64,000 bases of DNA from NCBI GenBank assembly GCA_002633005.1, contig NMRA01000008.1, positions 1,506,206-1,570,205 on the forward strand. Reading direction: 5' to 3'. Each line of letters opens with the position of its first letter. The first letter of the stretch is position 1. Of this stretch, positions 1-10,900 are shown one piece after another. A program made the translations under genes and the position numbers. The notes under the pieces are model-generated. The model saw only the letters and a list, made by a program, of their open reading frames with translations. It did not search any database and was not told the DNA's origin. This DNA comes from Phoronis australis. Its lineage: Eukaryota > Animalia > Phoronida.

Positions 1-53
1 TTGATTTGTTACAGTACGTCATTTTATTCGCCGAGCTTAATGGCAAGTGTCAG

Positions 54-204
54 CAGGGGCGGATCCAGGATTTTGAGTGGGGGGGGGGGGGGCAGAATGT
101 TAGCCCGGATTTGTCCCGTGAGACATTCGCACCCCCGAACTGCCAAATGGAGTTTTAGGGAGAGGGGAGCATGGCCCACTTGCTCCCCCATAAATCCGTC
201 ACTG
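54..204 (+). mobile_element. 151-bp MITE, CAGGGGCGGAT...ATCCGTCACTG, 5-bp TSD GTCAG (hAT5-like)
   Basis: TSD at 49-53 and 205-209; inverted homologous copy at 926-1077. Confidence 0.8.
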
Positions 205-925
205 GTCAGTGCTTTATCAGATCGCTTCTCATTTGAGTAAAACTATTAAGTCAAGATTACATAGTGATCCAAATCAAAAGTTCACTTCTTCGACAAAACG
301 CGGGTTTATTGCCGCTGTAAATCCCAAAGCGCTTCTGTTTCGGAATTCAACAGCTCTGGTGAATGTCCCTAACCCCTCTAACGGTTTTATCGGGTGTCGG
401 AGTTTGCACTGTTTGCATTGTTCCTCTCGAGAAATAACTTGTCAACCAACTACACTTTTGATTGACCCATTTAACCGTACATTGACAATTGCTTTTGAAA
501 AAATTTGTTTCCAGTCCTTGTTTAATTAATCAGTTGCCTATTCGCGTCACTGAGACTCACTGATCTCCGTCGACCATTGGCAATAGGGGACGGTGTAATC
601 AATGGGCCTGGTTTCGGGGCAAACCGGCTTTGAAAACCCGATAACCAATAACTCGGCACGCATTTTCGGAATAACCGGNACCTCAGGGCCACGTGGTTCA
701 ACATATCGGGGAATGTCCGACTCGAGTCTGTCCATTCGTTGGCATCAGTTAATATTTTTGCAAAAGCAAGGGAAAAACACATTCACCGAGGCAAGAATGT
801 GGAATCAATTTTTAAGAAAAAGTTTCGAGCAACTGTTGAAGTGATGACCAAGAAAATTCATGTAGCTACGTTCAACTTCGCGCCGTACTGATATTCAGCT
901 AGAGGACACTCATGCATTGTAAATA

Positions 926-1077
926 CAGTGGCGGATTCAGAGGAGGTTAGGGGGCCATGCCCCCCAAATTCTCACAGATTCCATTTTGCAGTTCGGGGTG
1001 CGAATGTCTGGCGGGCAAAATCCTGGCGAATACTCTGCCCTGGCTCCTCCTAACTCAAAATCCTGGATGCAACCCTG
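926..1077 (-). mobile_element. Second copy of the 150-bp MITE, 5-bp TSD AAATA
   Basis: TSD at 921-925 and 1078-1082; reverse-complement similarity to 54-204. Confidence 0.8.
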
Positions 1078-1539
1078 AAATACTCGTGTTATTTTTTATA
1101 TCAATTTAATACTCTGCTTCATCTCAGCGACTAGCCTTTGGCTAATGTTTGTATTGGTGACTGCGCGAGTTTAAATACAGATGTATGTAAGTGCAAGTAT
1201 CTCCCATGCAGTTCAAGAATCGATCTCTCCACTAGCATATACCTGACTCACAGCTCGGGCGTAGCTAGCTAGTACTGTTGACAGAAGTTTTGACGCGTTT
1301 CACTTCCTGAATAAGAAAACGTACCATAGGATATATCAACGTATAACAAAGAGACTCAAATGAAATCTTGAAAGACAATTAGTATCTTTTATTCGCACAA
1401 ATCAAAGTTCCGTCTCCTTTGTTGCAAAATAAACCCTTCGCGGCAGGCTTTAATTTCCCGCCCTTTCTGAAAACAAAACAGTGAGCTCTCACGGTCCTGA
1501 ATTTCCGAAAGATTTCTCAGTGTACAAAAGAGTATCCCG

Positions 1540-1735
1540 CTGTTTCATCAAATGTTGTTGCCTTGGATACTCTTTCGGAAACCCCGTACTACGTGGGAAT
1601 ATGATGAGATTGCATCACTCAAAACAAACGTAATGGTTGTAGTAACTCCGCTCAATGAAATAAAGTGAACCAATAAGATTGTCATGTTGACATCACGTGA
1701 CTTTTTTTACCACGTGAAACGGTAAGGCTCAGTTC
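1540..1735 (+). promoter_or_regulatory. Putative SLC7 core promoter: C/EBP-ATF (AARE) sites, CCAAT box, CLEAR/E-boxes, Inr
   Basis: GTTTCATCA 1542-1550, ATTGCATCA 1609-1617, CCAAT 1670-1674, TCACGTGAC 1693-1701, CCACGTGA 1710-1717, TCAGTT 1729-1734; locally CpG-richer sequence. Confidence 0.6.
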
Positions 1736-1838
1736 AGTGCGGTTCGTTATCTTGGGCTGCTTTGTTTGGCAAAATCACCCAAAATGTGCAGCCTCTAGCT
1801 AGAGAATTAATCAGTTTCTGAATTTTCGTCGATTAGAG
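1731..1838 (+). other. Putative non-coding exon 1 of SLC7 gene
   Basis: Starts at Inr-like TCAGTT and ends at strong donor GAG|GTAAGG (GT 1839-1840); pairs with the acceptor at 4640. Confidence 0.55.
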
Positions 1839-2017
1839 GTAAGGATAATAAGGTAAAAATTATCATATTATCACCGTGTGTTCATAATGTCAAATCGTAA
1901 ACAAGCACGTTCGTTGTCCTGGCGCTGTGACCGAGAGTGAGGAGGTCATCACGTTTGTCATCACGTCGCTTGTTGGAAGGCATACTGAGGGGTAAACGTG
2001 TGAGGGCACTATATAGC

Positions 2018-2101
2018 GGTCCCTGATTTAGAGAACCAGGTAATCACTGAATAACGGGCCCCTTACTTATTGGAGGTAACTGGTTCTCTAAATAAAGGAC
2101 C
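2018..2101. repeat. Short foldback (hairpin) repeat; related copies at about 35235-35330, 39826-39870 and 50645-50745
   Basis: Arms ggtccctgatttagagaaccag / ctggttctctaaataaaggacc; the other copies share the ggattttgagaaccag core. Confidence 0.6.
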
Positions 2102-4789
2102 ATTGTCAACCTGGCACTGGTAGCCTACCTGATCGCCCTGCTGTCTGCGGCAGATGGCGTTGAAGCAGTTACTAAACCATTAGTTCAGGGCTGGGATCGA
2201 ATCCTTGCACCTGAAATCTCGTTAGGGAGATGTTCCGCCACCTCAAGTATCCGGAAAATGTCTTGAGTGTGTAATTTGGCTTGAGGTATTCTCTTGGGTA
2301 AGAATCTGGGTAGGCAATTACATCGCCCTGGATGCCGCATGCATACAGGGGCGATAAAACATCCCAATAAAAAGTTACGCATTTCAAAATACAGCAAATA
2401 AAATCAAATGAAACATGCATAAATGCGCATGGAGTTATAATTAACACATTCCATGACTCTGAATACAATTTAGTCAACATAACTTGAACATCTACATGAA
2501 AATCTGTCGACGGTTCGCTAGTTTCTGTCACCGGATGCCATTTTGAGGAAGTTTCGAGAAATCACGCCTGTTAACGAACAAAAAGTCCAAGGGACACAAA
2601 ACTCAAAATTCCACCTGATATCTTCCAATGCTATTTGCATGTGTCACGCGCCAGGTCACGCGCTTCACTCTGTCTCGCGCTAGCCTTAGCCTAACTCACG
2701 TGACTCAGTTGAAGTATTTTGTGGTTATCGCATACGCGGTGAAAAAGTTAACGGTGACCAAAAAGTGGAGTTGGAATTCTTCTCCAAAGTCACCTTAATT
2801 CTAGTAGATATGCTTCATCGAAGATATGTGTAGAAGCAGAAAAAATGACTGAAGAAAGTAAGCTTATTTTAAAGGGATAGTTTTGAGTGTGGAATGTATT
2901 TTTGATGAGGTGAAAACTCCAAATCGGTGGCTGGATTTGGCCTACCGCCCGTTTAAAATACACGAGACAAAATGTGTACAGAAAGCGATTGGAAGTATTG
3001 TAGCCCCTAATCTGCCAACCAAGGGGCTCCGTGTTGCTTAGAATCTGGGTTGCCAGCCATCTAGACAATTACCGTAAACGTTTGGGTTAACGCCCTGGGC
3101 GATTAAATTGGCAAACCCAAAAAATTGAGGGTGGGCAGTTAACCAGAAATGGACGCTTGAACGTGAAATTTCAAGAAATCCAGGGTGGGCGGTTAACCGA
3201 ACATGGGCGCTTATTACGACATACAGCCACCCTGGGCAGTTAATCTTACCTCGTGATCTAAGTCCCCACACCACACACGTACTTGGAACGTGTAGCACTT
3301 TTCAAAGAGCTTTATCGTCACGTCGCCAAATGACGGTAAAAACTTCATAACAGTGGATGATCCCAACAAAGGTTCTGTTGCCCTCAGATTAGTCATTCAC
3401 AATTAAATTTACAAAATTGCTAAGTAATAGACCCGTGCCATCCTGCGTTCTTGTTAGTTTGTTAGAACTGTAGTGCGCAGACGACCAGTGACCACGCAGC
3501 GCTCCACTTGGATTGCAAGCAATGACACTGCAAAAGTGCGCGCGTGCAAGCTTCAAGTATTGCAGAGGTCACAGCTGACATCAAGATTATCACAAGGACG
3601 CGTGTCTTCTTAAAACAGGTCTGGGAGAACGCTGGACAGGATCGCTGGGTCCACAGTTGGATGTGGTTGTCGGGCTATTGCAGTGACCAAAAAAAATAAA
3701 CTGTTAAAAACGCCGAACGTCCACTTAGCGCCTATTTGAGCATGACAAGCGAGGTCAATTTTCTATTCGCATTTTACATTTTCCACTTGTAATTTGGAGT
3801 TTTTACTCACTTATGTTGAGCCCGGTATCATCGCTCATTAAGACAAAATATCGTAAAGAAGACATGTTTCGTGTCATACTGTTGTTGGAAAAATAGTTGG
3901 TGTTGTGACCAGTTGTCAACTTTGGTGTGGAGTACCATACGGAAAATCTGCAAGTACACCTTGTCATATGTTACTCAACACCGTAGGATGATTTCGTCAA
4001 CTTTTGAACCTTCAGAGCTCGCTGTTTTTTACACTGACAAACAAAAGTGTTTCGAATGGTTCATTTTTCCTATCCGACAGTGTGATAAAAATGCATTTTC
4101 TCCCTTTGTGGAAGATGACCTCTGCTGGGTTGCTACTCTGCTCCCGGCCTCAGACACTAAAGTAGCGTTTCACGCGACTTATTGTCCATAGCAATAACAC
4201 AATTTTATGAGGTGTTGACACCGGTGTTGTTGGTATTGTCTCTGGGAGGGTTTTGCTTCATTTGTCTGAGGTGGGTATGTTGTCGTCTGCCAAGGTATTG
4301 CTGGATTTAGTCTGTATTTTGATGTGTCAATGGCACACCCCACCCATTTTTGGAGGGAATGGACCTTGTTTCCGTCCCTGAGCATTTCACAGTATATTAC
4401 TTAAGAAAAAAGAATGCCAAATTTGGCATGCTTTCATTCAGCTTGTCGTGGTGTGTTGAAAGTAAAATATCAAGCACTTCCAGACAGCTATGGGATCTGG
4501 AACTAAAAATTTTGCCGACCAACTTTGCATTGGCGACCAGATTTTACCCAGCTCAAGTTGCAACTTTATTGTTTCCGCAGCGTCAGATGTTGTCAGTTTT
4601 CAGGAGGCCTACTTCTAGTCATGGTTCTTGTTGCTTTCAGGTTTTCGTCGCTGAGCAGCTCACAGACAGGAGGCACGTTCCAGAACTAATCTCACACAAA
4701 CACATTCGAATTAAGGACAGACTGTCGTCTTTTTCATCTGCTTAATAAATTTAAGTTCTTTAGAGGATATTAATCAACAAATCTCAAAC

Positions 4790-4985
4790 ATGGCTAACCA
4801 AGGAGAAGGCGAAGGTTATGCAGAGGTGCCAGTGAAGGACGATCAAGATGGAAACTCGAAATCGTCTGGGACCGTAGAGGTCGAAACGAACACCATTTCA
4901 CTCAAGCCAAAAATCTCACTTCTGAATGGAGTTACAGTCATCGTTGGCTCCATTATCGGTTCGGGTATATTCGTCAGTCCAACTG
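4790..4985 (+). CDS. SLC7A5/SLC7A8-like: SLC7 coding exon 1 (MANQGEGE...GIFVSPT)
   Basis: ATG in caaacATGg context; donor GTACGT at 4986; exon acceptor ttgctttcAG at 4639-4640, so 4641-4789 is 5' UTR. Confidence 0.93.
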
Positions 4986-7900
4986 GTACGTATTGCATTT
5001 GATGTTCTTCGTCATGTTTGCATGTTCTCTACATTCAGATGTAGAGTTTGTGTAAGACAGCAGGTGGGATGTCTTATGAGTAAGCAGATCTAATGCTTGA
5101 AACGAGCATTCACGAAGTCATCCCATCTGCCATGTTACGAATAATTATCATAAGCTGCTCAGTGTTATCCTGTAAATTTTATGTAACATGTGGGCCAAGG
5201 CCTTAAATGTTGAAAATAGATGAATATGAATAATTATCTTAACATCAATTTGCGAAACGCTAATGTTCCGGCCAATCTTCAGCTATCACCATGGGCAGTC
5301 AGGTAGGCAGAACATAATCACGAATTATGTCATTGAGGTGAACCGTTTCTGCATTTTTGTATGGATTTAATGCAGTTTTTTGTAAATTCTCTGTGACCTT
5401 CGTGCCATCAAGTTGCTAGTGTGGTGTGGTGTTATACTCGGAATGATTCATACAAAAATTTCAGTTTTTGAAGATGTCTTTCTAATTAAAGTGTAAATTG
5501 CAAGGTCTAAGTATGTTAAATTGTAATAATATTTTCAAGATATTGTTAGTTGGATATATCTTCTTCCAATTATCATGTTATTGTGTCTGTAGTTACGTTA
5601 AAAAGCGAAAATTAAAAAAAATCCGCGAAAATTTGACCTTTGACACCGTGNGTTCCTATGGGGTCTGTCGCCTCCTCCTCCACATCCGAAACGTCAGAAT
5701 CGTCTGAAAACTCCACCTGACCCTCCCTGTATCTTTCAAAATATTCTTCATCTACGCTGCTGTACTCACTGGGATCCATATTGTTTTCTTTGTGTTCCCC
5801 AACACCACGTCACAGATGTGTAACGAAGGAAAATGGCGCCGTTTCTATTTTCCGTTACAACAATGGCGTTACAACGCCACGGCAACAAATATGTAAATAA
5901 CTTTTTATAGCGACGTACAATTCAGTTAATATTATGAATATAGCAATAATAATTATAAACATGAATTTAGAGCATATTGTTGTTCAGATTGGTTGAGACC
6001 TTGCAATTTACACTTTAAAACAAATGTGTTTCGTCCCTTGTGAGCTTCCCCATCTTGCTTATTAGTATAAGAAATTGGTTAAGTGAAAGTCACTTATGTG
6101 CTCTCAAAATAGTAAAGAGTTGCATGCAGGTTGTTTTAAGACCCTGTCGTACTAACTTAACTCCGGTATGAATGGAGTGTCGATGTAAACTGGGAAGTTA
6201 ATTGGCTCATACTAGCTTTGGTAGTTAACGGCATCAAAGTAAACGGTAGGTGACACTGTCGTCTTCGAAGTAATTGCAAGGTAGCGCTGATGCATCCTGT
6301 TTACGCTAAGATTTTTTTAATGTGATAGTTTGAGAACATTTACATGTGTTAATTAACATAAATCTCATTTCTAATTCTATTGGTGATTACTGGAACAAAA
6401 TATAAGCATCTACTAGCGACGGCACTGCCTTTTAATTGTTGACGATAACAGTGGCCCCTGGTGATAACTTCGATGGGACTCAGTGTTCTCCACAATACTA
6501 AATCCAAACTCAATGCAAATTTCTAGATGAGTTTATACATCAGTAGTCAACAATGTTATTTCTCTAGCCCTAACATCTTCACTGGAGGTTTTTATATATA
6601 TGTTTCAAAACTGTACACTGAACTGGTGTTGCTTTTCTACTAGTGTATCACATTAGTCCCCCTAAGCATTCATGACAGACCCGGAACAGCAACCAAAAGG
6701 TTATAAGTTCTTTTATAATACCAATACCAATCCTAATATCAATTTTTCATATTGAATACAACTAACATGTGTTCTGGCGTGACCTAATTTTCAGTGACAC
6801 CTGTTGTCCAGTTGCATAAGCTTATAAGTTCTAACTTGCCCCCAGGTCTTAGTCAAAATCAAAATTGTCTTTATTAAGCATATTAAATTGCTTCTTTACA
6901 GGATTAAATGCAAAATTTTAAGGTTAGATTCACAAAGTAGATTAGCCATTTATTTAAGCAAGCTAGCCGACTCCATGAAAAGTTTTAAACCTGGCGCGGC
7001 AATTTTTAAACTAGACACTCTTTCCCCAAACTTGTGGTGGCAAAATCCAAACGCGACGAGTCAAAAGAGGTCGTGGAGAACACTGGGACTGAAGTTGACC
7101 GTTCATACTGCACTGCGTTGTCGATGGTTTGCTGCTAAATCCACCTGTTAACTGCAAAGTTAACTTGCTCAGTTAATTTCGATCCAGGACCGAAGTTAAC
7201 CGTTCGTACTGACCGCACTCGACATTAGAAAAGGGCCCTAAGCTAACTTGTTATATCACAACTCAAGTGTACAGTCTTGTTCAAACCCACTTGAGAATGT
7301 TTTCTCATTGGGACTAGCAGTTCATGAAAGAAATGCATTAGTAACCTCAGGCTTTTAGTGCATGAATAAAGAAATACAGCTTGGAGTAAAGAATTAGTCA
7401 CTAGGAAAGAAAGCTGTGATTGTGGCCCTGAGGTTTGTAAGAGAACGGAATTGCCTATCCTTGGATTTGCTTCCACCCCCATGCCACAGAGAGTGATCAA
7501 AGTATTACGTGTTGATATACAAGTTAGCACTTGATGACATCTACCTTACTAAGAGTCTTAAGCAGCTGCTTAGCCTCCCACATAACCTCTATACCTGTAT
7601 ATACATGAATTGGAAGTGGGGTGGCTACCTGCAGGCGGCAATCTCTGCTGCGTGATCCTAGACACTTATCAGTGTTCTCCACATTATAAATTCCAAACTC
7701 AACGCAAATGTTGAATGTCAGTTATTGACATTGTCTGGTGTCTAACCATAAGCATGGTTATGCTGGAAGTATTTATATATGGTTTAAAACTGCACACTGC
7801 ACTGGTGTGACCTACTTTTTAGACACTTCAGAGTTTTGCTTTCCTACCAATGCATCTCATAATTCCTCCAAAGCATTTGACAGACCCAGAGTAGCAAACA

Positions 7901-10900
7901 AAAGATCAAAAGTTCCTTTTATAATCAGGGCTTGGAATTTTCCGCGGAAACACGGATTTCCGCTTTTTTCAAATGTTCTTTCCGCGTATTTTATTATATT
8001 TCCGCGTAAAAAAATCGGATTTCATATAAAATTTTCGCGGCAAATTTCTTTCTTGCCGCCGCGTTGCCGACGACTTTCACCTCGAAAAGCGGAAGTTGCT
8101 CTTTATGTTTCGGAGGAACGTAAATTGTCAACATTGCCGGGGCATCTGGGAAAAGCGTGGTGGATTTCCTCAATGGCGGCTCGTATGATTGTAAAACGCG
8201 GTGTCAAATACTACGGCTATGGAGCCAAAAATGTTTGGAGGCGGGAGTGGCGGACGAGCTAAGGCAGACGCAGACGCACGCTTCCGGAGGTGGTACCTTT
8301 TTTTTTTTAGTCCTCCTGATTTCTGTCTGCAAAAGGTTCACGCCGACCTTGTCAAGGCCGGCTGCGCACATATTTCGGGCCGTAAAAATTTCCGTGTCTT
8401 TCGCCATTTGTCATTCCAAGTCCTTAATAATACCAATGCCGATTTTAATATCAATTAGACATATTAAGTACTACTAACATGAGTTCTGATGTGACCTAGT
8501 TTTTAGTGACACCTGTTGTCAAGTTTAATAAGCTCATAAAGTTCTAACTTGCCACTAGATGTCAGTCAAAATCAAAATTGTCTTTATTAAGCAAATTAAA
8601 TTGCTTTTTTACAGATTGACTTGCAAAATTTTAAAGTTAGAATGACAAAGTAGATTAGTAATTTAATTAAGCAAGCTAGGTGACTCCATGAAATGTTTGT
8701 TATTTAAAGATTTTTGCAGCTTTTATTAATTATAATTTAAACTCTTGTAGTGTCTTACGAAGTTATACATATAGTGTTGACTGCCTCCAAAGATTTGCAA
8801 TGGTTAATCAGGCACTGCTTTAGTGTTGAGGGCTGAAATACCAAGCCAGGACAAAAGTTCAAACCTGACGCAGCACTTATTAAACTCGACGTGCATTTTC
8901 CAAACTCGACGCAGCAAAATCCAAACTCGCTACAGCGTCGAGTTAAAACAGGCCGTGGAGAACACTGCTTATGCCTATTAGCGTGCCGTGCTGACTGTTC
9001 AATTGTTTCTACTGGTGCTGAGGTGAGGTGGTGTTTATGATGTCGCCACGATTCTGTCACTCTTTAGCATTAAAGCGTCCGACTCTGCCGTTCCGACGAG
9101 GAGGGACATGAGAACAAATGACGTGTGCCCTGTTTGCATTGAAGACTTAAAATTCGATTCAGAATGTTTATGTTTGTCATTGCAAGCATTTTGCTTTAAA
9201 TCATTTCAATCTGAACCTGTTCATGGGGATGGTGTCAAATTGGTTTAACATTAAGGTTACATATTGCGCTATTACGTAAAAATACTATTTTGAAAATATT
9301 GGTTGTGCATGCAGCAAAATGTTTGAAGATTTGAAATAAATTCAATTTCCTACAGATAATGGTAATTTTGTTTTCTAGTGAAAACGTTGCTTTTTGAAAG
9401 GCTGTTACCAATGCCAACACAAATCGAACCTCCAAAAATTTTCCCTTGATGCAAAGCCTCACTGTCAATCCATCCGCTCTGGCTCTAGTGAATGACTAGA
9501 AACGAAAAACCTAATTAGGTCTTTTAATCTCGTAAATCGGTCTTTAATATTCCTTTCTCTGATAGGATTCCATTTTGGTTCCTAGTTTGATTTTCATTCT
9601 AATATGCAGCTTAAGTGGGCAAAATGCAGCTTGAAGGGTATATGGGACCTTATCAACACCTCTGCATTCAGCCAAATGTTTACAAATGTTTATTTCAACT
9701 CTGATAAAAATTATACATTTTCTGAAAGAAAAAAGCTTGTAGTACAAATGTAATCAGACAACATACCGTTCTGTCAGCTAATTTTGTTAATGGCAAATAC
9801 GATTGGTAATGATTATTGTGGCTGCAACATTTTAATTACACAATGGCTTAGCCACAGTGCTTTTCTCAACTTGCTTTGTTACTTGACTGTACTTTTAACC
9901 CGAGCCTCCCTTTCAATCTGTGGAGACTTCAGTCTCAGTAGACCTACTGTACTTTGATTGAGGTCAATGTTTCTGACCTAGTATGTCTTTTGTGGTTTTT
10001 GTATTTCCCTTGACAATATGGGGCTAGTTTACACATGCTTTTGTAAACATGGATTGTATGTTTGGGTATTCCTACAGGATTGACCATTTTCAAGTTTTAT
10101 TTGTTAGAAAACAGTATATGGCTGATGTTGAACGATCTCTGTCTAGAATTACCAAAAACTTATGCCGGTCTTTGCCTTTGAAGTTCTACGTTTTTATGCG
10201 CCCAAATATTTATATGTGGACGCATTATGCCGTCATCTCCATCCATCCGTCTGGGCCTGGTCCGTCCGGCGTCCGCTGCTCTATCTCCAAAACCCTTTGA
10301 CATACATTCATGAAATTTGGCACATATGTTCCATTTATGAATGGGACGGGATGAGCGAACTTTCGGACGGATCCGACTACCGGTGTGCCCCTAGTGGCAA
10401 TTTAAGTTTATGCTTACCTTTGTATCTTCAAAAGTCCTGAACGGAATTTTCATGAAATTTGGTATGTAGGCACCTATTAGTGAGATGATGCTATCTTTCC
10501 ATTTTCGGATGGATTCGACGTAGTTTGCGCCACTTAGTGGCCATTTTTACTGTTTCCGAGTCTGTTTTTTGTGTCCACCCCTCTATCAACCAAACCACTC
10601 AAAGGATGATTGTTAAAATTGGCATGTATGTGCTTACTACGGTTGACGATGATTTTCCGACAGATTTCGACTACTGTGGCGCCTCCTAGTGGCAGTTTTG
10701 TTTTTTTTGCGCCTATGGCTGTATCTCCTAAACTTTTCGCAGGATCTTTACGGACTTTAGCAAGTTTATTTATATGATGTTGACTACGAATTACGACGAC
10801 TTTCGGACAAATCTGACTACTGCTGTGCCCCCTAGTGGCAATTTTAGTTTTTTATGTTTAGCTCAATATCTTCAAAGGTCCTCAACAGATTTTCATAAAA

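Noticed and set aside
1242-1306. - strand segment with good acceptor and donor (possible divergent gene exon)
   Set aside because: Stops in all three frames and no partner exons identified; could be a lncRNA but is unsupported
2185-2245. tRNA-like B-box (GATTCGATCCC) on - strand
   Set aside because: No cloverleaf or clear A-box; at most a decayed SINE
7738-8477. Overlapping 85-174 aa ORFs
   Set aside because: They lie in a GC-richer MITE; frames are not preserved in the 35550 copy; no domain recognised
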